A stretch of 64,000 bases of DNA from positions 1 to 64,000 of the IMG/VR virus record IMGVR_UViG_3300035190_000444; one strand, written 5' to 3'. This DNA comes from a virus (Duplodnaviria > Caudoviricetes). A program made the position numbers and the translations under genes. This document shows, piece by piece, positions 1 to 7,547 of this stretch. Each line of letters begins with the position of its first letter. Positions within the stretch are counted from its first letter, which is position 1. A model generated the notes under the pieces. The model saw nothing but the letters and a program-made list of their open reading frames with translations, did not search any database and was not told where the DNA came from.

Positions 1-464
1 TGATTTCCGTCTGTAGCAATATTACCAGGTACTGTTAGTATACCATCGTTTCCAAAAGTCCAAGCATGCAACGCAGGATTGTATGTGTTTATAACAACTG
101 CATCATTACTTGATATTGCTACTACACTAGCAAGACCAAATAGTTCACTGCCTTCAATAGACAATTGTGTATCATTAACTTCGGGAAATGTCACAACGCC
201 TGATGAATTTAAAGATACGGTATGTAATCCGTTTACTAACTCATTAGTAGCACCAGCCGGTCCAACATCACCTTGTGGTCCAACATCACCTTGTGGTCCA
301 ATATCCCCAACAAAGAATGATAATGCAGACCAAGTTGATGTGCCGTTGCCAATTTTAATTTTGTCTAATGTAGTATCTAAGCCAAGTTCGCCTTCGCTTA
401 GAATAGGATTTACTGCCGTCCAGTTTGTAGTAGTATCCCTTCTTATTTGTATTTTATTTGCCAT
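1..464 (-). CDS. tail fibre-like protein with Mtd-N-like start and short collagen repeat (runs off window start)
   Basis: Not in ORF track. My translation from ATG at 464: MANKIQIRRDTTTNWTAVNPILSEGELGLDTTLDKIKIGNG...GPQGDVGPQG; paralogous to 24890-25240. Confidence 0.75.
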   Translation of the reverse strand, partial: MANKIQIRRDTTTNWTAVNPILSEGELGLDTTLDKIKIGNGTSTWSALSFFVGDIGPQGDVGPQGDVGPAGATNELVNGLHTVSLNSSGVVTFPEVNDTQLSIEGSELFGLASVVAISSNDAVVINTYNPALHAWTFGNDGILTVPGNIATDGN

Positions 465-823
465 TATGCGGCTCCTCCGTTGATTAGCATATCTGTAAAT
501 GATGATGTAGCAGAATTGCCACCGTCAAAAATTAGATCCTCAAACACTGTAGATGCATATCCGTTATCTACAGTTGCAGATGTATTATATAAATCAAGTG
601 CATTATTTGGGTCATTATAATTAGCAGCAAGGCCAAACAGAGTACCGTTGGCTATCATTTCTGCTATTGTATCTTGTATAAGTTCTTTGAGATTGGCAGT
701 TGTACCGCCGGTGATAGAATACAATTCCGTAAAGTTAGCATTAACTTTATTAAAAGCAGCGAATAAGCTATCGCCAGTTTTATCGTTTGGAACTGTACCT
801 GTTTTAATTAGATGTTGTGACAT
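464..823 (-). CDS. baseplate/tail structural protein (T4 gp9/gp10 N-terminal-like motif)
   Basis: GTVPNDKTGDSLFAAFNKVNANFTELY motif; TAAATA late motif upstream near 843. Confidence 0.6.
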   Translation of the reverse strand: MSQHLIKTGTVPNDKTGDSLFAAFNKVNANFTELYSITGGTTANLKELIQDTIAEMIANGTLFGLAANYNDPNNALDLYNTSATVDNGYASTVFEDLIFDGGNSATSSFTDMLINGGAA

Positions 824-876
824 AATTGATCCTCATTCTAATATTTATCGTAAAATGAGGATCAATACGAATTGAC

Positions 877-1122
877 TTAGTACAAACGTTTGCGATTTGC
901 AGTTACTGCATTTGCTTCTTTTTGAAGTTTCTTACGGTAACGTGCTTTTGCAGCGCCTGCTTCACGTTTTCTAGCAGTAGTTGGTTTTTCGTAAAACTCT
1001 TTTTTACGTAGTGTTTCTAATTTTCCAGAATCTTCAACCTTGCGCTTAAATCGTCTTAACGATTGTGTAATGTTTTCATTTTCGCGCATTGTTACTTTGA
1101 CTCTATTCTGCATTGTTATCAT
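877..1122 (-). CDS. rpsU: 30S ribosomal protein bS21 (phage-encoded)
   Basis: VxMRENENITQSLRRFKRKVEDSGKLETLRKKEFYEKPTTARKR matches the bS21 pattern; start uncertain (1113-1134). Confidence 0.9.
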   Translation of the reverse strand: MITMQNRVKVTMRENENITQSLRRFKRKVEDSGKLETLRKKEFYEKPTTARKREAGAAKARYRKKLQKEANAVTANRKRLY

Positions 1123-1513
1123 CATCTTCCTCATTGTTAAGTTGTTCTACAATCCAATCTAAATCAAATATTCTATTTTTAGAGATTAAATTGTAAGGTG
1201 TTAGTTCGTCGTTAGTTATATAGTATGCATTAGGGTGTGTAAGCATAAATGTGACAAATGATTTAGTAATCGGATCACAATTATCAACATCAATAATTAC
1301 TACTGCTACTTGATGTGTAACACTTAGTAACCAATCAATGTCTGCTTCATCGGTATCATAAATGAAGATATTAATATCTTCATCGCTTTCACCAATAATA
1401 GCATGAAACTGTTCTAGTACATGCGTTGATGGTTTTACTAACAAATAACCAACATCTAAATTAAAAAACTTATCCGGAGGTGTAATAACCGTAATTTTTC
1501 CTAATGGATTCAT
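1103..1513 (-). CDS. hypothetical protein
   Basis: 136 aa ORF in operon orientation with RBS. Confidence 0.7.
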   Translation of the reverse strand: MNPLGKITVITPPDKFFNLDVGYLLVKPSTHVLEQFHAIIGESDEDINIFIYDTDEADIDWLLSVTHQVAVVIIDVDNCDPITKSFVTFMLTHPNAYYITNDELTPYNLISKNRIFDLDWIVEQLNNEEDDDNNAE

Positions 1514-1521
1514 GTGACCTT

Positions 1522-2028
1522 CTATGTGGTAATTAGTTTTGCCTTGTATTTATCAGAGAAGGACTTGACCGCTAATGATACTTTCTGTACCCCAGCTATT
1601 CCAATTGCTTTTGCTGCAGCCTTTGATAAGTCAATAACTCTACCTTTAACAAACGGTCCACGATCATTAATAGTAACTAACACTGTTTGGTTATTAGCTA
1701 AATTAGTTACTTCTACAACAGTGCCAAACGGTAAAAACTTATGTGCTGCAGTTAATTGCTTTGGATTAAAATATTCGCCACTTGCAGTTTTAGGTCTGCG
1801 TCGATATCTAGGTCCAGATTCGTAACCATACCAACTAGCTATACCTTGCATTTCGTTAGATGTATGTGCTGATCTAAGTCTATGCTTATAATGCAGGTGT
1901 TTAGTTTTTTTATGTACACTGTGTTGTATTGAATGATTGTCAGTCGAATGTTTAGTAGCTGCATCTACTGGAGCTACGGTGGTAATTATTGAGAGGGCAA
2001 GGAGCCCTGATATTAGTGAATTTTTCAT
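1522..2028 (-). CDS. rlpA: RlpA-family (DPBB) lytic transglycosylase with signal peptide
   Basis: [41 protein letters not shown]; start MKNSLIS after AAGGAG RBS. Confidence 0.9.
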   Translation of the reverse strand: MKNSLISGLLALSIITTVAPVDAATKHSTDNHSIQHSVHKKTKHLHYKHRLRSAHTSNEMQGIASWYGYESGPRYRRRPKTASGEYFNPKQLTAAHKFLPFGTVVEVTNLANNQTVLVTINDRGPFVKGRVIDLSKAAAKAIGIAGVQKVSLAVKSFSDKYKAKLITT

Positions 2029-2338
2029 TTTTTCTCCTTTCACTTGGTGTGCATTAAAACAACTACACATTACATTAAGGGAGTAAACTGCACGAGGTTC
2101 TTCGAACCCATTTTGTTCGTGACGTCTTCTCCATCAGCCACAACATTAAACTGCAAATGTTGCACCTTTGGCAAGCCTGGCTTCCCGAATTTCGCGGGTT
2201 TCTACTTTGGCCAAGACTCGCGGGATTGTCAACTGCCCAATCCAACTATCTTAGTTTCTCTCGAAACATATAATATATAGTACAGAAATGCAAAATTCCG
2301 TTTAAAATGTGGATTTTTGCATAGATAAAGTGTACTAT
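2029..2338 (-). ncRNA. candidate structured 5' leader/ncRNA upstream of rlpA
   Basis: GC-richer than flanks, several nested hairpins on the minus strand (see findings). Confidence 0.5.
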
Positions 2339-2344
2339 TAACAC

Positions 2345-2372
2345 ATTATACAGCATTATAGTTAAATGTCAA
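2345..2372 (-). promoter_or_regulatory. sigma70-type promoter
   Basis: TTGACA-16 bp-TATAAT on minus strand. Confidence 0.6.
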
Positions 2373-2417
2373 GCAAAAACTACTAAATACACTATATTAT
2401 TATAAAAAGGATTATCC

Positions 2418-3290
2418 ATGAGAATACAAGAATTAATGGAGGCTAAAGCCGAAGACGTTATTGAACAAATACGTTGGAATGCTGCAGAGCTTGAAAAAAT
2501 ATTTTTGGTAGAATTACCGCATATTTACAACAAATATAAAGAAAAATTAACAGTTAGTGATGATGCTGATGAAGTAGAACGCGGATTGGTAAAAAACTAC
2601 CATGCAGCATTTAGAAGTGAAATTGCTAGACCGCAAAGCATGTGGTTTAAAGACAAATACATGTCAGTATCTGCACGATCTCATTTTGGCCAAGAAGTAG
2701 CAAGAGATGGATTAAAAAATGGGTTATCACAACTAGCAGAAATGGGTGCATTTCGCAATGTGCCATTTTTGAAAGAGCTAGCACACTTGCCAGTACTGAT
2801 GGATCCAAAAACCGGCGGACCAGATACTGCATCATCTAAATTAATGGGCGAAATTGTTTCTAAACTTCCAGAAGTTTTATTTAATATTGGAAGAATAGCA
2901 AATAACAAACGAGTATTTGAATTAGGAAAATCATTAGCTAACAGTATAAAATCATGGGATAAACTATATTCAACTGTACAAGCTGCTCCAACAAGTTCTA
3001 TCAAATTTAAAAAGAAAGGTGATGCTTATATTTCTAATAAGACTAATCCAAATAAAGATGCCTGGAAATCTAATAGTGACATTGTTAAAAGTACTAAGAA
3101 ACCTGTAAAACATGATACACATGCACAAAATATGTCACAAGTGGATGTACTTATCAATCATGCATTATCGCAACTTGATTCAAAAACTGCACATGAAATT
3201 AGAACGGTAATTGCACGAAGTGATAATAAACTAATGGCAATGTCCCAAGAACTTCATAAACGTAATATTCAAATGGAATCAATGTACTAA
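2418..3290 (+). CDS. hypothetical protein, candidate internal head protein (MRIQELME N-terminus)
   Basis: 290 aa ORF, TAAATA upstream, CTS-like start. Confidence 0.7.
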   Translation: MRIQELMEAKAEDVIEQIRWNAAELEKIFLVELPHIYNKYKEKLTVSDDADEVERGLVKNYHAAFRSEIARPQSMWFKDKYMSVSARSHFGQEVARDGLKNGLSQLAEMGAFRNVPFLKELAHLPVLMDPKTGGPDTASSKLMGEIVSKLPEVLFNIGRIANNKRVFELGKSLANSIKSWDKLYSTVQAAPTSSIKFKKKGDAYISNKTNPNKDAWKSNSDIVKSTKKPVKHDTHAQNMSQVDVLINHALSQLDSKTAHEIRTVIARSDNKLMAMSQELHKRNIQMESMY

Positions 3291-3304
3291 TAAGTACTCA
3301 TAAG

Positions 3305-3329
3305 AAAAGGGCTAATTAGCCCTTTTTTT
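3305..3329. terminator. bidirectional intrinsic terminator
   Basis: AAAAGGGCTAATTAGCCCTTTTTTT between convergent genes. Confidence 0.8.
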
Positions 3330-3402
3330 AACGATTGTAAATATACATAGTGACTTCAAAGCCAAAACGTAAATCAACATATGTTGGTGTTTCCCATTTC
3401 AT
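3328..3402 (-). CDS. pqqA: pyrroloquinoline quinone precursor peptide PqqA
   Basis: MKWETPTYVDLRFGFEVTMYIYNR*: W-x-x-P, DLRFG, ExxxY core and NR end; AGGAGG RBS 8 nt upstream; terminator directly after. Confidence 0.92.
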   Translation of the reverse strand: MKWETPTYVDLRFGFEVTMYIYNR

Positions 3403-3419
3403 ATCTATTACCTCCTTTT

Positions 3420-3707
3420 TTAACCTGCAAATACGTTACCACTACCAACTGCAACTTTAGATCCACATGCTACTGGATCACCTACTCGTCCGCATTGTTT
3501 ACCATTTATAAACACTTTACTGCTACCTGATGCTAATGTTGAATCATGACATGTTGGTTCTGCATTACAATGGGTAACCCAGTGATCGCCTTCACGGTGT
3601 ACTGCAATGCCGTTTACAAATACATCGCCACTTGCACTATCACTTACCCTTGCAGGCCAACTACCGTGACCTGAACATTTATCACCTAACCTTGTTACTG
3701 CTGGCAT
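3420..3707 (-). CDS. PAAR-domain spike tip protein (T4 gp5.4-like)
   Basis: MPAVTRLGD..., VFVNG..HREGD, VFING..GRVGD repeats. Confidence 0.9.
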   Translation of the reverse strand: MPAVTRLGDKCSGHGSWPARVSDSASGDVFVNGIAVHREGDHWVTHCNAEPTCHDSTLASGSSKVFINGKQCGRVGDPVACGSKVAVGSGNVFAG

Positions 3708-4246
3708 TAATATTCACTCCTCGAAACTGCTAATGTAAGTTGGTTAGCAAAATCGTCCCATACATTACTTACTTTTTGTGTTATTGTGTATGAATAATCA
3801 GTCTGAGTAATATGCTCTTGCTGATATGTGTAAGGCACTTGTGTAACTTCACCAGTCTCTGGATCTGTTACACTATTGTAACCAGTTTCGGTAGTATATG
3901 TTTTAATAGTTTCAGTTGTATTAACAATATAAGTAACCAACACAATACTACCAGCTTCTTTCTCCCCTTCAACTACTGTACCAATTTTACTAGGCATAAG
4001 ATCAAAATTAGAGATTGTAACTACATCAACAGAATCAACTGGTATGTATTTCCAAGTTGCTGGACTGTACATATTTTGGTATCTACCGGATATAGTAACT
4101 ACTCTAGTTGAAAATGAAACACTAACTCCGACATGTGGAAATGAAGAAGTTACTGAATTAATAACTTCATGTACGCCGCATGTTGCAGATTTTGAAAATC
4201 TTTCATTTTCGTGTATAATGCCAAAATTAGTAGTTGAAATGCCCAT
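3707..4246 (-). CDS. hypothetical, probably baseplate-associated protein
   Basis: 179 aa ORF coupled to the PAAR gene. Confidence 0.55.
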   Translation of the reverse strand: MGISTTNFGIIHENERFSKSATCGVHEVINSVTSSFPHVGVSVSFSTRVVTISGRYQNMYSPATWKYIPVDSVDVVTISNFDLMPSKIGTVVEGEKEAGSIVLVTYIVNTTETIKTYTTETGYNSVTDPETGEVTQVPYTYQQEHITQTDYSYTITQKVSNVWDDFANQLTLAVSRSEY

Positions 4247-4258
4247 ATCGTATTTATG

Positions 4259-4546
4259 CTATAAAATAAGGCTAGTAGTTGCTTCGGTGTATGATTTTGC
4301 TGATTCTCTTTCAGTTGCTTCTAATACTACTACTGTAGCAGCAGCGATTTTAATTGTTTTGTCTTGATCAACAGTAAACAAATAAGGTGCCATTCCAATT
4401 CCACCTTGTGCAGCTGCTAATACACGTGGTTTTGAAACTTTAATGTATTTGTCAGTTTCTTCAACTAATGATGCAATTAGTTCTTCGCCTGAAGTAAGTT
4501 TAATTGTAACTACTTCACCTGGTGATACGCCTTTATCTATAATCAT
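4259..4546 (-). CDS. small Sm-like-fold hypothetical protein
   Basis: VVTIKLTSGEELIA motif. Confidence 0.55.
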   Translation of the reverse strand: MIIDKGVSPGEVVTIKLTSGEELIASLVEETDKYIKVSKPRVLAAAQGGIGMAPYLFTVDQDKTIKIAAATVVVLEATERESAKSYTEATTSLIL

Positions 4547-4775
4547 AATTTGCCTTTAAGTATTGTTGTAATTCTGAAAAACCACCGATGTAATTGTCAT
4601 CAATTTTAATCTGCGGTAATGTTCGTGCTGTTGGTACTTCTTCTAATAGTTGTTCTTTAGTCCATCCACCATTTGAAATGTTTCGTTCTTCAAAGTTGAT
4701 GTTTTTCATTTGCAACAAGCTCTTAGCTTGCACACAGTACGGACATTGGTCTTTTGACCATATAATTGCTGTCAT
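4533..4775 (-). CDS. glutaredoxin
   Basis: CPYC active site, TLPQI, IGGF; start MTAIIWSK. Confidence 0.9.
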   Translation of the reverse strand: MTAIIWSKDQCPYCVQAKSLLQMKNINFEERNISNGGWTKEQLLEEVPTARTLPQIKIDDNYIGGFSELQQYLKANYDYR

Positions 4776-4892
4776 TTTATAAAATCCTTGTACGGTTTTG
4801 ACCAATCTATTTTTGCTATATTGGCCATCATTGCTTTTACTCTCGCTGGTGAATTTAGTGCTATTGCTTGATTTGCATTTCCTGCAGCGCCG

Positions 4893-5078
4893 TTACCCTT
4901 GCGAGATTTTTTTAAATATCTGTCCGACCGCATTGTTCATAGCCTCTACGTCTGTCTTAGTCCATAATCCATATGATGGTTGTTTTCCTTCTCTAAGCAT
5001 TTCGCATGGACATACAGGATCATCGCCCTGCGGTCCCATGCATGCACAAATGTCGTTACAATGTTGGTAATTCGTCAT
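4893..5078 (-). CDS. small Cys-rich hypothetical protein
   Basis: CACMGPQGDDPVCPCEM. Confidence 0.5.
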   Translation of the reverse strand: MTNYQHCNDICACMGPQGDDPVCPCEMLREGKQPSYGLWTKTDVEAMNNAVGQIFKKISQG

Positions 5079-6150
5079 AATCTAATTCGTCACTCATAAC
5101 GCCAATTACATAATTTACACTTTCAGATTCTTGTAAAGCAGTTTGCTTTTTACTTGGATCGGCGTGTTTGTTAAACCATGGAATAGGCGTTGATTTAGGT
5201 GCTTGTTCACGATACTTAATACCTACTTCTTTCAAAGCGTGTACTGCAGTATAGTCAACAAATTCTTTTAAGATGTTAGCATTAAGGCCAATCACTGGAC
5301 CTTTTAAAAATAGGTAATCTGCCCATTCTTTTTCTTCGCGGATCACATCTAAGTACATATTATACACGATTTCGTCACACTCTGCTTTAATTTCGGTAAA
5401 ACGCGGATCATCTTTTATTACTTGATTAATCATATACGCAGTCCACTCTTTGTGTAATAACTCATCTTGTAATATAAGCGCAATGATGTTACCATTACCA
5501 ATAAACAGCCTGTTTTCGACCATTGCTAAACTAGTAGCAAATGATACCATAAAGCGGAATGCTTCTAATGCATAACTTGCGTGTAGTGCAAGCCAAATAG
5601 CTTTAATGTGATCTCTTTCAAGAATTTCAATACCAAGTTCTTTTTGACAGTTAAGTTTATGCAATTTATTGTAGTATTTGCCAACACTGCTTGCCATGTC
5701 AACAATTTCTTTAGTATCATGTATGGTGTTAAATATCTCTTTTGGAATATTATAGATATTACGAATAATATGGCTATAACTACGACTATGAATATTTGAT
5801 TCGTAAAACCCCCAATTAAGCATTAGTAGTTCTGCTTCGGGTACACTTACTACAGGTGTGAACACTTGGGTAGGACCGCGGCCTTGCAAACTATCTAATG
5901 CAGTTTGTCTTAGTAAGTTACTAGTGAATATGTGTTTAACTGCATCACTAGCATCTTTAAAATCGTTAGCATCTTTACTTAATGAAATCTCTTCTGGAGT
6001 CCAAAAGAACCCTCTAGCAGTTGCTTCAAACTTTTGAATACGTGGATAGCGTACTTCTTCAAATCTTTGAATTGTAACTGTTCCGTCTAGAAACAGTTTT
6101 CTAGACAAGTAGTTAGTTTGTTCACCTAAGTTATACTGTTCATCACTCAT
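5056..6150 (-). CDS. nrdB: ribonucleotide reductase class Ia beta subunit
   Basis: FFWTPEEI, DSLQGR, ESNIHSRSY, EAFRF, DELLH, QESESVNY. Confidence 0.95.
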   Translation of the reverse strand: MSDEQYNLGEQTNYLSRKLFLDGTVTIQRFEEVRYPRIQKFEATARGFFWTPEEISLSKDANDFKDASDAVKHIFTSNLLRQTALDSLQGRGPTQVFTPVVSVPEAELLMLNWGFYESNIHSRSYSHIIRNIYNIPKEIFNTIHDTKEIVDMASSVGKYYNKLHKLNCQKELGIEILERDHIKAIWLALHASYALEAFRFMVSFATSLAMVENRLFIGNGNIIALILQDELLHKEWTAYMINQVIKDDPRFTEIKAECDEIVYNMYLDVIREEKEWADYLFLKGPVIGLNANILKEFVDYTAVHALKEVGIKYREQAPKSTPIPWFNKHADPSKKQTALQESESVNYVIGVMSDELDYDELPTL

Positions 6151-6337
6151 CGTCTTTAATCCTTATTGTGCTTTTTTCGTCTAGTGCATACCACGCACTT
6201 TCAAGATATTGTGTTATGTCAGTTAATGTTTCTTCTGGAAGACGCATTACCCATTCGTTAGTGTTAACATCGTGCTTAAGTGGTAATTCAACCTTTAAAT
6301 TATGTCGCATTGATATTACTAATTTTTTATCTTTCAT
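6143..6337 (-). CDS. hypothetical protein
   Basis: Small ORF overlapping its neighbours. Confidence 0.5.
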   Translation of the reverse strand: MKDKKLVISMRHNLKVELPLKHDVNTNEWVMRLPEETLTDITQYLESAWYALDEKSTIRIKDDE

Positions 6338-6507
6338 TTTTTAATTATACCTAAATATGCTAAAAACACTAAACAATATATTGTTATTGATAGTTTGATT
6401 TCTTTTACTTTGTTTAATATAGCATTAGTTAAAGAAGTTGCCTTCCACTTATAATATAGAAGGCCTCCGTTGTCTATTGCATGTAACTTTTCTAGTACTT
6501 GTTTCAT
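6334..6507 (-). CDS. small protein with C-terminal hydrophobic helix
   Basis: Start MKQVLEK overlaps the HNH stop (ATGA). Confidence 0.5.
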   Translation of the reverse strand: MKQVLEKLHAIDNGGLLYYKWKATSLTNAILNKVKEIKLSITIYCLVFLAYLGIIKK

Positions 6508-6983
6508 AACTTTTTGTTTACGTGTTCCTTTCTTGGCCACGCACTTGCCTTGCCGTTTTTAATTAATTTTGATATTACGCTATTCAGATGTCTTTGTTTA
6601 TTCTGTTCAGGAGTTAGCGCAAATATGCCTGTTTTGTTTTCCTTAGCAGATTGTCCACCTTTTTTACCGCCAATACTTCCAGCGATAGAAGCGTGTCCTA
6701 GACCAAACCCGCATTTGCCGTCCTTGTTTGCCTTAATAGCAGCAAGAGCACACAATTTACTTCTTTCTTCTTTTGTTAATCCAAGACGTTGTGCTATCCT
6801 ATTTGCAGCGGCAAAATCCCCTTGTGAATAGTGTATATCAAAGTGCTCTTGTAATGATACTGCTTTTAAGTTTGTAGGAGTGTTGTTGCTATGATTACCA
6901 TCAATATGATGGATATCGTATCCTTCCGGAATAGGTCCGTAATTCTTAATAAAAATTTTTCTATGTATTTTAGTTTCAGCCAT
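6504..6983 (-). CDS. free-standing HNH homing endonuclease
   Basis: DIHHIDGNHSNNTPTNLKAVSLQEHFDIH. Confidence 0.85.
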   Translation of the reverse strand: MAETKIHRKIFIKNYGPIPEGYDIHHIDGNHSNNTPTNLKAVSLQEHFDIHYSQGDFAAANRIAQRLGLTKEERSKLCALAAIKANKDGKCGFGLGHASIAGSIGGKKGGQSAKENKTGIFALTPEQNKQRHLNSVISKLIKNGKASAWPRKEHVNKKL

Positions 6984-6995
6984 GCGTGTGCTCCT

Positions 6996-7547
6996 TTACA
7001 TCATAGATTCATTGATATGTTTCCAATTTATAATCTTCCACTGGTTTTCAAGATAACGTTTTTTATCCCATTGATAATCGAGAGAGTAAGAATGTTCCCA
7101 CCAATCAACTAACAATACAATGTCTTTTTTAATAGCATGATTAGTTATTGTTTTGATCTTGCCATCTTTAGCAAGATAAACCCAACCACTGCCTTGTATG
7201 CCCATTGCTACTTTTAAAAACTCTTCTTTAAACTTATCAAAAGTTTTATAATGTGTTTCAATTAAATCTAAAACTTTGCCAACTGGCTTGTTTAAATTGC
7301 CAGTTGACTCTTGATATTGTTGGAATAAGATATTGTGTAAAAATACACCTGCTTCATTAAACACAGGATCACCTTCACCTGCATTATAACGCTTTGCGTA
7401 TGTTTTAGCAAGATGTTCATAATGATAATCTAATGTTGCTTTTGATATAGCAGGGTTTAAATCATCCATTCCGTATGGTAGAGGATCTATTTTTAATGAT
7501 GCAGGTTTACCTTCAGTTATGAATTGCTTAATAAAACTATAGCTCAT
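6996..7547 (-). CDS. Fe/Mn superoxide dismutase-like protein
   Basis: LPY..DDLNPAISK.TLDYH, LHNILF, GSGW, DWWEHSY. Confidence 0.85.
   Translation of the reverse strand: MSYSFIKQFITEGKPASLKIDPLPYGMDDLNPAISKATLDYHYEHLAKTYAKRYNAGEGDPVFNEAGVFLHNILFQQYQESTGNLNKPVGKVLDLIETHYKTFDKFKEEFLKVAMGIQGSGWVYLAKDGKIKTITNHAIKKDIVLLVDWWEHSYSLDYQWDKKRYLENQWKIINWKHINESMM

Noticed and set aside
2044-2280. 78-aa plus-strand ORF
   Set aside because: No RBS, non-ATG start; the region is better explained as the structured minus-strand leader of rlpA.
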